Shown one piece after another: positions 1-8,646 of a stretch of DNA of 22,211 bases (its first letter is position 1; each line of letters begins with the position of its first letter). The notes under the pieces are model-generated. The model made no database searches, was not told the DNA's origin, and was given only the letters and a program-made list of their open reading frames with translations. The translations under genes were made by a program, and so were the position numbers. The stretch is from Candidatus Aegiribacteria sp. GTDB taxonomy: Bacteria > Fermentibacterota > Fermentibacteria > Fermentibacterales > JCC-6. The stretch lies in NCBI GenBank assembly GCA_046498225.1, contig JAWOBF010000082.1, forward strand, positions 1 to 22,211, in the 5' to 3' direction.

Positions 1-105
1 GTGGACGACATGACCGTAACCGCTCCCACAGCCGCAACCATAATCTTCCCCGGGGACCTCAGCCTCACGGCCGCCACCTGGGGCACAATCAAGGCTTTAT
101 TCTAG
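1..105 (+). CDS. 3' end of a protein paralogous to the downstream secreted protein; ends in TWGTIKALF (partial, not in ORF track)
   Basis: Frame 1 translates VDDMTVTAPTAATIIFPGDLSLTAATWGTIKALF-TAG(103-105). This aligns with FDEMEVIAPDGATIVWPNIPVGLQRQTWAEIKSTF at the end of the 127-735 protein. Confidence 0.85.
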   Translation: MDDMTVTAPTAATIIFPGDLSLTAATWGTIKALF

Positions 106-126
106 AGTATTCGGAAAGGAAACAAA

Positions 127-735
127 ATGAAAAAACTTCTGGCACTCATCGTGGTCCTGGCCTTCTCGCAGACGGCCATGGCCCAGCAGACGGAAACATA
201 CGGCTGGGAGGAGAGTCATACGGTCCTGGGCGTCTATGGCAACGGTAATCCGGAACTGGAGTACACAGATCCCGTTTACTCCGGATCTCAGTCACTGAAG
301 TTCTATGAGTCTCCCTTGGGAGGAACGCCTCAGGCCTATTTGTGCTGGGTACAGAACCTTGACGAAGGTGATACAGTTGTGGCTTCGTTCTACGTGTACG
401 ATGATACGCCAAGCGGTTACCCTTCCGGTCGTATATGGGCTCACTATAACGCTAATTATGCGGATCCAAACAATTACGACGGCAGTGCCGGTGGAAACGA
501 TACTTTCTCTTCCGGAATCGGCTGGGAACAGCTGACATGGGAATGGACAATCGATGCTGATTCAACGCACTCGGGTCTCATGATAGAGGGCAGGATCTAT
601 GCGAGTACGGAATTCGACACGATATGGTTTGACGAAATGGAGGTTATTGCTCCGGACGGAGCCACGATAGTCTGGCCGAATATACCCGTTGGCCTTCAGA
701 GGCAGACCTGGGCAGAGATAAAAAGTACATTCTAG
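127..735 (+). CDS. Secreted protein, 202 aa; Sec signal peptide, probable galactose-binding/CBM4-9-like jelly-roll domain, C-terminal TWAEIKSTF motif
   Basis: AAGGA RBS upstream; MKKLLALIVVLAFSQTAMA signal with an A-M-A cleavage site. SGSQSLK, WEQLTWEWT and IWFDEMEV are typical of CBM-like beta-sandwiches (fold call is tentative). Confidence 0.8.
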   Translation: MKKLLALIVVLAFSQTAMAQQTETYGWEESHTVLGVYGNGNPELEYTDPVYSGSQSLKFYESPLGGTPQAYLCWVQNLDEGDTVVASFYVYDDTPSGYPSGRIWAHYNANYADPNNYDGSAGGNDTFSSGIGWEQLTWEWTIDADSTHSGLMIEGRIYASTEFDTIWFDEMEVIAPDGATIVWPNIPVGLQRQTWAEIKSTF

Positions 736-759
736 AAGTACCTGAAATCATAGTAGATA

Positions 760-787
760 CAGCGGGGAAATTCCGATTTCCCCGCTG
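760..787. terminator. Perfect 12-bp hairpin, probable terminator between convergent genes
   Basis: CAGCGGGGAAAT(760-771)-TCCG-ATTTCCCCGCTG(776-787), between the stop codons at 735 (+) and 802 (-); followed by CTTCT on the + strand (weak U-tract). Confidence 0.8.
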
Positions 788-801
788 CTTCTATCCAACG
801 A

Positions 802-1452
802 TCAGAATAGTTCACCTAATTTTTCCACCATCTTCGTGGCACCATGAAATACCTCAGCCGGACCTTTGGCCAGCATGTAGGCGGGGGTGGTGACCAGCTT
901 CTTCTCGCCGTCCACCACCGCGCCGTCGACGGGACATTCGACATGTTCGGCCCCCATTGCGTTTATGGCCTCGGCGGTGTCCCGGTCGCTTCCGATGGTG
1001 ACCCTGGCCCCGGGAACGGTCCTGGCCAGGATGACAGGGGCTATGCACATGGCGGCTATGGGCTTGCCGTCCCGAAGGGCGTCGCTGATGATTCTCCGCA
1101 CATCGGGGTTCACCCTGCACTCCGGGCCGTCGGAAGCGAAGGAGCACAGGGTCAGGGCGGCGCCGAAACCGCCGGGGAACAGTACCGCGTCGTAGTCATC
1201 TCCGCGCAGCTCCGAAAGCGGCCTTATGTCCCCCCTGGCTATTCGGGCGCTCTCCTTGAGGACATTCCTGGGCTCGTCTTCCGGTTCTTCGGTGATGTGG
1301 TCGACGGTGGCGGTCTGCCGGATGTCCGGGGCGGTGAAAACCACCTGCCATCCGGCGCTGTCCAGGGCTATCAGCGCCGAAACCGCCTCGTGAATCTCCG
1401 ACCCGTCCTTCACTCCGCAGCCGCTGAGCACGAATGCTACCCTTTTCTTCAT
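802..1452 (-). CDS. elbB: ElbB/ES1-family (DJ-1/PfpI superfamily) glyoxalase-like protein
   Basis: VLSGCGVKDGSEIHE N-terminal signature, FPGGFGAA, CIAP nucleophile elbow, KLVTTPAYML; GGAAGGGAAG RBS. Confidence 0.93.
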   Translation of the reverse strand: MKKRVAFVLSGCGVKDGSEIHEAVSALIALDSAGWQVVFTAPDIRQTATVDHITEEPEDEPRNVLKESARIARGDIRPLSELRGDDYDAVLFPGGFGAALTLCSFASDGPECRVNPDVRRIISDALRDGKPIAAMCIAPVILARTVPGARVTIGSDRDTAEAINAMGAEHVECPVDGAVVDGEKKLVTTPAYMLAKGPAEVFHGATKMVEKLGELF

Positions 1453-1530
1453 CTTTCACTTCCCTTCCTTCCGAACAATGAAAAGCGTTCAGGCTGAAAC
1501 ATCATCGAACGGTCGGTCCTCGAAAAGGCT

Positions 1531-1558
1531 TTGCCCTTTTCCGCCGTTGGAGTATCTT
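1531..1558 (+). promoter_or_regulatory. Possible sigma70-type promoter
   Basis: TTGCCC(1531-1536)-16 nt-TATCTT(1553-1558) in the divergent intergenic region, upstream of the GGGAG RBS and ATG 1583. Confidence 0.35.
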
Positions 1559-1582
1559 CTGCCCAAACGAAAGGGAGTCCAT

Positions 1583-2254
1583 ATGACCAGGCTATTATCT
1601 GCCGTCGCTGTCCTGCTCATGACATCCTCGTCATGCTACTACGGGGCCATTCAGGGGGCGCACACCCTGGGGAAGAATCACGTGACAGTCACCGGGGGGG
1701 CCACCCTGCCCGCCTACTTCTCCGCCGAATCGAAGAGGGAGGCGGAGGACACAAGGGTGGACTACCTTCAGGCCTATCCGTCTGCGGATTTCGCAGTAGG
1801 GGCCACCGAGAGCATCGACCTGGGTTTCTCCTCCTTCGGCTACGGAGTGGGGCCCATGGTGAAGTACAACGTCATGCCGCCGGGGGACCCCACGGCCCTC
1901 TCCGCCATGCTCAACATGAACTACGTGATACCCATGCAGGTGATGATGCCCAGGGTGTCCTTCTGCGCCGGACACCGGTTCGACCGGGACCTGGAGATAT
2001 TCACCGGCGCCGACCTGGGCTACGGCCCGGACCTCGCCAACATACCGGAGTCCCAGGACGGCTCGCACGACTGGGACATGGTGGACAACACCCTGTTCTC
2101 CTGCCTGCGCATCGGATGCAGGTACGAGCTGAAACCGCCCGGCAGCGCCTCTGCCTCCAGGGCCTACCTGCCGGAGTCCATCCTCTTCCAGTTCTCCATT
2201 CCCCTGGACATATCCAGGAGCATGATACTGGCGGGGCTGGCGGTCACCTACTAG
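1583..2254 (+). CDS. Hypothetical exported protein, 223 aa; possible lipoprotein and/or small outer-membrane beta-barrel
   Basis: Start moved to ATG 1583 (AAGGGAG RBS). MTRLLSAVAVLLMTSSSC is a signal with Cys18; the protein has amphipathic strands and a C-terminal LAGLAVTY. Confidence 0.7.
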   Translation: MTRLLSAVAVLLMTSSSCYYGAIQGAHTLGKNHVTVTGGATLPAYFSAESKREAEDTRVDYLQAYPSADFAVGATESIDLGFSSFGYGVGPMVKYNVMPPGDPTALSAMLNMNYVIPMQVMMPRVSFCAGHRFDRDLEIFTGADLGYGPDLANIPESQDGSHDWDMVDNTLFSCLRIGCRYELKPPGSASASRAYLPESILFQFSIPLDISRSMILAGLAVTY

Positions 2255-2278
2255 GCGGCCGGAGAAAGGAACCCGCGA

Positions 2279-3097
2279 ATGCCCCTTGCGGACATGCACG
2301 TCCACACCTCGGATTCACCCGACGCGGAGATATCCGCCGCGGAACTGGCCGGCCTGGGAATGGAGGAGGGTCTTGTCGCCATCGGCTTCGTGGCCCACAT
2401 GGACATGAACCCCGCGGACCACTGCTTCAATTCCCTGGACCCCGCCGGATACCGGAAATCCCTTGCAAAGGCGTCACGCACGGCCGGAGACAGGCTCACC
2501 GTCTCGAAGGGCCTTGAAGTCGGGGAGCCCCACAGGTTCGGCAAGCAGGCCGGGGAACTGGTGGATTACTCGGATTACGATTTTATCGTGGGAGCCCTGC
2601 ATTACCTTGATAACGACGGCCTCGTTCTGGGCGGGGACGTCTTCAAAGAGGGCGACCACCTGGCCGTTGTGGAGGAATACTACCGGGAGACCCTGGCAAT
2701 GGTGGAGACCGCGGAGATGGACGTACTGGCTCACCTGGGGCTTTTCAGGAGGGGGCTGGCCATGGCCGGGCTGGACACCTCCCTCGACGAGACGGAGCTG
2801 TGGCCCGGCACAGTTCGAAGGATACTCGAGACCCTCATCGCAAGGGAAATGGCCCTGGAGCTGAACACCTCGGGCCTGCGGCGGGCCGAGAGGATGACAT
2901 ACCCCACTCCCAGAGTGCTGGAACTCTACGGGGAACTGGGAGGAAAGCTGGTCACCCTGGGCTCGGACACCCACAGGAGATCCCACCTGTTCCACGGCCT
3001 GACCTCCGGCGCAGCGCTTCTGCGGGAAAAGGGCTTTTCCAGCTGTAACCTGTACCGGAACAGGCAACCGGAACCGCTCCCCCTTACCGCGGGATAG
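2279..3097 (+). CDS. PHP-domain phosphatase, histidinol-phosphatase HisJ/HisK family
   Basis: DMHVHTSDSPD, GLEVG, DFIVGALH, LAHL, LELNTSG, GSDTH metal-binding motifs. Confidence 0.88.
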   Translation: MPLADMHVHTSDSPDAEISAAELAGLGMEEGLVAIGFVAHMDMNPADHCFNSLDPAGYRKSLAKASRTAGDRLTVSKGLEVGEPHRFGKQAGELVDYSDYDFIVGALHYLDNDGLVLGGDVFKEGDHLAVVEEYYRETLAMVETAEMDVLAHLGLFRRGLAMAGLDTSLDETELWPGTVRRILETLIAREMALELNTSGLRRAERMTYPTPRVLELYGELGGKLVTLGSDTHRRSHLFHGLTSGAALLREKGFSSCNLYRNRQPEPLPLTAG

Positions 3098-3103
3098 CCC
3101 GGG

Positions 3104-4225
3104 TCAGCGGGTGAGCCCGCGGTCCTCCAGCTCACGGGTGGCGTGGTCCACACGGTCCGTGGCGGTGGCGGTGGCCACCCATTCGCACAGGTCCCGCACC
3201 CCTTCCCGGAAATCTATCTCCGGCCGAAAGCCGAGAAGCCGGCGGATGAGCGAGGCGTCGGCGAAGCAGTGCCGGATGTCCCCTGCCCTGAACCGGTTCT
3301 TTACGATGAACCCGTCAGCCGGCTTTCCCAGCTCCCCGGCTATGGCTTCGGCCACCTCCAGGATGGTGGTGGGTTTGCCGGTGCCTACGTTGAGCACCCG
3401 ATAGTCCGCCGACGGGTCCTCCAGGGCCAGAAGGCAAGCCCTGCACAGGTCGCGGACGTGTATGAAGTCCCTGCTCTGAAGGCCGTCCTCGAATATCACC
3501 GGGGGATTGTCGTTCAGGAGACGGGAGGCGAAGATGGCCCCCACGCCGGTGTAGGGGTTTGAGAGGGCCTGGCGGGTGCCGTAGACGTTGAAGAACCGGA
3601 GGGCCGCGGTTGGTATGCCGTAGGCCTGGCCTGCCACCAGGAACATCTCCTCATGGCTTCTCTTGTTGATGGCATAGATGGATGAGGGGTAGAGGGGCTT
3701 GGACTCCGGAACCGCCACCGGGGCCGCCTCCATCCCGCAGACGGGACACCGCACTTCCCAGCTGTGCTCCTCCAGCTGCTCGGCCGGCCGGAGCCTAGGA
3801 GCGAAGCTGCCGCACTCCCCGCATTCGTACAGTCCCTCCCCGTAGATGGACATGGAGCTTGCCACCAGCATCTTATTGATAGTGTCCTTTCTTCGCGCCG
3901 CCTCCTCCAGCACCACCGAGGCTCCCAGGGCGTTCACCGAGGTGTAGTGCTCCATACGGTACATCGACTGGCCCACGCCGACGGCGGCGGCGAAGTGGAC
4001 CACCATGCCGCAGCCCTCCATGGCGTTCTTCACGGCTTCATGGTCCCTGACGTCCCCCACCATCAGCTCCGCAGACGGGTTCAGGTAGTCCGGCCTCCCG
4101 GCGTCCGGTCCGTGCACCTGGGGGTCCAGGCTGTCCAGGGCCCTGACGCCGTATCCCCTTTCTATCAGCAGGTCGGCCAGGTGCGATCCGATGAAACCGG
4201 CCCCTCCGGTTATCAGTACTTTCAT
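3104..4225 (-). CDS. NAD-dependent nucleotide-sugar epimerase/dehydratase (extended SDR), WbiB/dTDP-rhamnose 4-epimerase-like subfamily with a Cys4 insert
   Basis: True start MKVLITGGAGFIG at 4225 (GAGGA RBS); HFAA, ASS, YAINK (YxxxK), LRFFNVYG, RDFIHV motifs; CGEC...CPVC insertion. Confidence 0.92.
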   Translation of the reverse strand: MKVLITGGAGFIGSHLADLLIERGYGVRALDSLDPQVHGPDAGRPDYLNPSAELMVGDVRDHEAVKNAMEGCGMVVHFAAAVGVGQSMYRMEHYTSVNALGASVVLEEAARRKDTINKMLVASSMSIYGEGLYECGECGSFAPRLRPAEQLEEHSWEVRCPVCGMEAAPVAVPESKPLYPSSIYAINKRSHEEMFLVAGQAYGIPTAALRFFNVYGTRQALSNPYTGVGAIFASRLLNDNPPVIFEDGLQSRDFIHVRDLCRACLLALEDPSADYRVLNVGTGKPTTILEVAEAIAGELGKPADGFIVKNRFRAGDIRHCFADASLIRRLLGFRPEIDFREGVRDLCEWVATATATDRVDHATRELEDRGLTR

Positions 4226-4430
4226 TTTCCTCTGTCCAATCAGTCCTGCGCCGCAGGATCCGTTCCGACCCCGGCGGGCGGTTGAGTAATGCAAAAGCCC
4301 GGTCAGGGGGAAGTATATCAGCTGCGGGGCCGGCCAACAATTCGGGGGGCCGGCGGGGCCGTGCGATGCCGGCCCCACTTTCTTATAGTACATATCCCGT
4401 TGTGGAACTCCTTCTGCCGAAAGGACACCA

Positions 4431-5885
4431 GTGCGAATAGCCCTCGTTGTCCCCCCCTGGGGGCCTGATGACATAAGAGCCAGGGATACCCGAGGCATAT
4501 CCGGCTGCTGGCCCACTCCGGGTCTTCAGTACGTGGCGGCGGTGCTGCGCGACGCGGGACATGAGGTGCTGTTCCTGGAAGGCTTCTTCTACACCAACGA
4601 GGAGATGCTGCGGAAGATGGAGCTTTTTCGGGCCCGTGCGCTGGGGGTTTACGTTATAAGCCTCCTGTGGGACAAGGCCCGCCCCCTTCTGGAGGAGGCC
4701 AGGGAGCGTATCCCCTCCATATTCACATTCATCGGGGGCCACGGGGCCACCGCCATGCCGGAGACCCTCATGGAGAGCACGGACGCCCTGGACGCGGTGG
4801 TGATAGGCGAGGGGGAGATAACGTCCAGGGAGCTTATGAGGGCGGTGGAGGCGGAAGAAGACCTGAAAGGGGTCAGGGGGCTTCTCATAAAGGAGAGGGG
4901 AAAACTTCACCGGACCCCTCCGAGGGAGATAGTGGAAGACCTTGACCGGCTTCCCTTCCCCGCGGTGGACCTGTGCGAGATGGAGCGCTACTACCCCAGT
5001 TTCGAACAGGTGTCCACGGTCCCGGCCATGCAGATGCTGGCCAGCAGGGGATGCACGGGAAGCTGTCTCTACTGCTACAAGATGTACGGCAACCACATAC
5101 GCCTTCGCGACCCGGTCCGGGTTGTAGACGAGATGGAGTACTACATCCAGCGCTACGGGGCCCGGGAGATAAAGTTCTGGGACGAGCATTTCTCCCATGA
5201 TCACGATCATGTCTACGGCATCTGCAGTGAGATACTCCGCAGGGGGCTCAACGTCCGCTGGTGGGTCTCCTGCAGGGCGGATTCCGTTGACCTGCCGCTT
5301 CTGAAGGCCATGAAGAGAGCCGGCTGCTGGTGCATAAACTACGGGGTGGAGAGCGGTGTCCAGAAACACCTGGACACCCTGATGAAGCATGAGACCCTGG
5401 ACCAGATAAGGAAGGCCGTCAGGCTGACCCACAGCGCAGGCATCAAGACCCACACCACATACATATTCGGAATTCCCGGCGAGACCTTCCAGGACGGCCT
5501 TGAGACCATAGAATTCGCGAAGGAGCTGAATTCGTTCACGGTGGAGTTCTTCCCCATCACTCCCTTTCCCGGCACTCCGCTTTACAAGGGCGTGCACAAG
5601 GGTCTTTTCGGAAAGATGTCCAGCAACCTCAGCGACCAGGGAATGCTGCTGGACCGTCCCTGTTTCGTTCCTTTCACAATGACCGGCGAGGAGATAATGG
5701 AACTGAGGAGGCTGGCTTACATCAGGTACTTCCTCAGGCCGCGTTTCCTGCTGTACAGGCTTGCAAACATCATGTCCCCCTTCCAGCTCAGAGCCATGTA
5801 CCACGGGGCGGGCAGCCTTCTCCAGATGTTCGGCGAACAGCTGGCCGCGCTATGGAAAAGAATCGTACACCGCTCTCGGTCGTGA
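4431..5885 (+). CDS. B12-binding-domain radical SAM protein
   Basis: GTG start with AAGGA RBS; PGLQYVAAVL, IGG, DAVVIGEGE N-terminal domain; SRGCTGSCLYC CxxxCxxC motif; GVESG, YIFGIPGET, TPFPGTPLY. Confidence 0.93.
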   Translation: MRIALVVPPWGPDDIRARDTRGISGCWPTPGLQYVAAVLRDAGHEVLFLEGFFYTNEEMLRKMELFRARALGVYVISLLWDKARPLLEEARERIPSIFTFIGGHGATAMPETLMESTDALDAVVIGEGEITSRELMRAVEAEEDLKGVRGLLIKERGKLHRTPPREIVEDLDRLPFPAVDLCEMERYYPSFEQVSTVPAMQMLASRGCTGSCLYCYKMYGNHIRLRDPVRVVDEMEYYIQRYGAREIKFWDEHFSHDHDHVYGICSEILRRGLNVRWWVSCRADSVDLPLLKAMKRAGCWCINYGVESGVQKHLDTLMKHETLDQIRKAVRLTHSAGIKTHTTYIFGIPGETFQDGLETIEFAKELNSFTVEFFPITPFPGTPLYKGVHKGLFGKMSSNLSDQGMLLDRPCFVPFTMTGEEIMELRRLAYIRYFLRPRFLLYRLANIMSPFQLRAMYHGAGSLLQMFGEQLAALWKRIVHRSRS

Positions 5886-6862
5886 TACCGGCCCGCAACA
5901 GCGAGGCTACCCTGGGCAGGGTTCTGGAGGCTCTGGGGCGGGAGCTTGATGAGGGGGACCAGCTGATCGTGGTGGATGACGGCTCCACCGACGGTACCCG
6001 GGAGCTGGCCGGGTCCATGAACGCGTCGGTGATACCCAACTCCGGCAGACCCGGCGCCGCCGGGGCCAGGAACACGGGGGCGGAGAAGGCTACCGGTGAG
6101 TGGCTGCTTTTCGTGGACAGCGACGCCGTGGCGCCGCCTGGCTGGAGGGGAATGCTCCAGTCCGCCATGGACGGGGGCCCCGAAGCCGTTCAGGCCATCT
6201 ACAGCAGTGAGGCGGTGGGCGATGACGCCGCCACCTTCTACAAGAACTTCTACTACCACTACACCTTCACCAGGAGGATACGCAGCAGATTCATCACAGG
6301 TTGCGGCACCTTCTTCTTCGCCGTGGACAGGATCCGTTTTCTGGAGCTGGGAGGCTTTGACGACCGAATTCCCGGGGCCACGGTGGAGGACGCCGACTTC
6401 GCCGCCAGGCTTACAGGGAGCGGGGGAAGGATCCTGCTGGCTAAGGGAATAGAGGTACTCCATCTGCGCCGCTACACGTTCCGGGACCTTATGTCCTACG
6501 AATGGAACATGATGAGGTCCAAGGCGCTCTACCTGCTGAGGAGGGACTCGGAACACTCCATTCCCTCCCTTTCCATGGCCCGGCCCCTGGAGATGCTGCC
6601 GGTCATTCTCGGGGCCGCCGCCGTCTGGCCCCTGGTCATCGGGCTGGTTCTGGCGCCGCTGGGACCGGGCCCGGGCCCGGGAGCCGCCGCCGCCGGGGCC
6701 GCGGTCATCGGCGCCGGACACCTGGGTTTCTGGAAGGAAGCCGTGGCGACGGGTGGATGGAGAGGTTTCCGGGCGATATGGATAACCTTTCCGGACCTGG
6801 CCCTCATCCTTCCCGCTTCCGCGGCGGGATGGGTCTCGTATCTCACAGGAAGGAAGTTCTGA
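5852..6862 (+). CDS. GT2-family glycosyltransferase with C-terminal membrane helices
   Basis: SVVIPARN, VVDDGSTD, ARNTGA, FVDSD, GGFD...VEDADF; hydrophobic C-terminus. Confidence 0.92.
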   Translation: MEKNRTPLSVVIPARNSEATLGRVLEALGRELDEGDQLIVVDDGSTDGTRELAGSMNASVIPNSGRPGAAGARNTGAEKATGEWLLFVDSDAVAPPGWRGMLQSAMDGGPEAVQAIYSSEAVGDDAATFYKNFYYHYTFTRRIRSRFITGCGTFFFAVDRIRFLELGGFDDRIPGATVEDADFAARLTGSGGRILLAKGIEVLHLRRYTFRDLMSYEWNMMRSKALYLLRRDSEHSIPSLSMARPLEMLPVILGAAAVWPLVIGLVLAPLGPGPGPGAAAAGAAVIGAGHLGFWKEAVATGGWRGFRAIWITFPDLALILPASAAGWVSYLTGRKF

Positions 6863-6864
6863 CC

Positions 6865-8646
6865 TTGAAGTCCCTGTCATCGCTAGCAGTATCTATAGCC
6901 CTGGTAATCCTCTTCATGGTCTACAGGGCGGTCGGAACGCCACCCGGCGGGCCGCTGGACAAGCTGGTGCAGCTGGCGCTGCTGGTCCCGGCAGCCCTGT
7001 TCGCGGGAATATTCGCCGCGGGAAGGCTCCAGCGCGACCTGGCGTCGGAGCTGCTCCGGTTGCTGTCGGGGATACCACGGGGCAGGTTCCTGGGCGCGGT
7101 GCTGCTGCTTCTGGCCGTATTCGCCGTGTGGATGGCCTATGGCCCCTTCCAGGGAATTCCCAAGGGCGGCGACGAAGCGGCGTATTATTTCCAGTCCCGA
7201 ATATACGCCGCGGGTGAGCTGGCCGCGCCGGAACCCGCGGTGGACGCTCCCATGGCCCATTTTCCCTTTCGGCATTTCATCTTCGACCGGGGCAGGTGGT
7301 TCATAGTCTACACACCCTTCCATTCCCTTCTGATGGCCCCCTTCTCCGCCGCCGGGGCCGCCCCGCTGCTTGGTCCGCTGGAAGGGCTGCTCTCCCTTCT
7401 GGGAATCTATCTCCTGATTAGGCTGTGGGCGGGCGAGGCCCTGGCCAGGGTCTGCGTGCTGCTGCTGATCCTCTCCCCCTTCTTCCTGTTCATGACCACC
7501 ACCTTCATGGCCCACAACACCAACCTGATGCTTGTGACCTGGTCGCTCTACCTGCTTTCCAGAAGGGTGAAGGGCGGCGGGGTCGGGTTCAGCCTGGCCG
7601 GAGGCTTCCTCATCGGCCTGGCATTCGCCACCAAGCCCTACCCGGTCCTGGTATGGCTGGCATTCATTCCCCTTGCGGTCTTCGCCGGCTGCGGAAGAAG
7701 GTGGTTCAGCGTCATCCTGCCGGCGGCGGCGGCCGCCGCGGTGCCCTTCGCCCTGTTCCTTGCGGCCAACACCTACTACACCGGCAGCCCGTTCAAGGCC
7801 GGCTACGACATGGTCCGCGGCGGGAAGCTGATAGGTTTCGGCCCGGACAAGGCCTGGTTCCCCGAGTACGGGGACTACGCCCATACCCCCCTGCGGGGTC
7901 TCATCAACCTCGCCAGGCAGGCAGGGGTGGGAAGCACCATATTGTTCGGCTGGCCCTTCCTCTCCCTGGCGCCCATGCTTCTGGCCCTCGGAAGGGCCCG
8001 CCGGGACAGGCGGGTCCTGTGGCTCTACCTTCCCGTCGGTCTTCTGATGGTGCTGATGTGGCTGCATTACTGCCCCGCCATCGATTACGGCCCGAGGCAC
8101 TATTTCACCCTGATGCCCATCATCATGCTCCTGTCGGCCCTGGGCCTGGGCGAGGCCGTGAGAATGGCGGGGAACTGGAAGGGGACATGGGGGAGCAACC
8201 TGGCGACGGTGTCCATCCTGGGTCTGTTCATGATAACCCTGTTCGTCTACATTCCGGACGGCATAGCCCTCCGGTCCGGCCCCTGGCAGACCATAGACAG
8301 ACGGCCGGAGGAGATGGCGTCCGGTTTCGTGGAGACTCCGGCGGTGGTGTTCATGCAGGCGGGGCAGCACGGGTATCCGAACATCTGCAGCGGCCTGAAC
8401 TTCACCTCTCCCTTCCTGGACGGGCCGGTGATCTACTGCGCCCACCAGACCACGGAGGAGGACGCGGCGTTCATGGAAGCATTTCCGGACAGAAAACCCT
8501 ACCTCTACTGGTTCGACGGGGTCGATTTCCACCTGGAGGAATGGACACCGGCCCTCTCCGGGGCGGTGGAGCCTACCAGGAGCATGGAATACCACACATA
8601 TTTGCACATGCCGGACCCCGCGGGACCTACCAGTGAAGGATATTGA
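6865..8646 (+). CDS. GT-C fold integral membrane glycosyltransferase (ArnT/PMT-like), about 593 aa
   Basis: Probable TTG start at 6865, just after the upstream stop, with an AGGAAGG RBS; the ORF-track extension to 6502 overlaps the previous gene. Many TM segments; GGDEAAY first-loop motif, LSPFFLF, ATKPY, GPRHYF; soluble C-terminal domain. Confidence 0.85.
   Translation: MKSLSSLAVSIALVILFMVYRAVGTPPGGPLDKLVQLALLVPAALFAGIFAAGRLQRDLASELLRLLSGIPRGRFLGAVLLLLAVFAVWMAYGPFQGIPKGGDEAAYYFQSRIYAAGELAAPEPAVDAPMAHFPFRHFIFDRGRWFIVYTPFHSLLMAPFSAAGAAPLLGPLEGLLSLLGIYLLIRLWAGEALARVCVLLLILSPFFLFMTTTFMAHNTNLMLVTWSLYLLSRRVKGGGVGFSLAGGFLIGLAFATKPYPVLVWLAFIPLAVFAGCGRRWFSVILPAAAAAAVPFALFLAANTYYTGSPFKAGYDMVRGGKLIGFGPDKAWFPEYGDYAHTPLRGLINLARQAGVGSTILFGWPFLSLAPMLLALGRARRDRRVLWLYLPVGLLMVLMWLHYCPAIDYGPRHYFTLMPIIMLLSALGLGEAVRMAGNWKGTWGSNLATVSILGLFMITLFVYIPDGIALRSGPWQTIDRRPEEMASGFVETPAVVFMQAGQHGYPNICSGLNFTSPFLDGPVIYCAHQTTEEDAAFMEAFPDRKPYLYWFDGVDFHLEEWTPALSGAVEPTRSMEYHTYLHMPDPAGPTSEGY

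Noticed and set aside
844..1497. 217-aa ORF antisense to elbB
   Set aside because: Shadow ORF of a high-GC gene; no recognisable motifs.
1531..2517. 328-aa alternative-frame ORF
   Set aside because: Arg/Gly/Pro/His-rich off-frame translation that overlaps two better-supported genes.
4226..4516. 97-aa N-terminal extension of the epimerase ORF
   Set aside because: The Rossmann motif and RBS place the start at 4225; the extension runs into the divergent radical SAM gene.
6661..6702. GC-rich CCGGGC/GCC micro-repeats (GPGPGPGAAAAG)
   Set aside because: Short low-complexity loop inside a CDS; the frame is intact and there is no evidence of phase variation.
4383..8607. Long antisense ORFs (473, 387 and 574 aa)
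   Set aside because: They mirror the real plus-strand genes, as expected from GC3 bias; no motifs.
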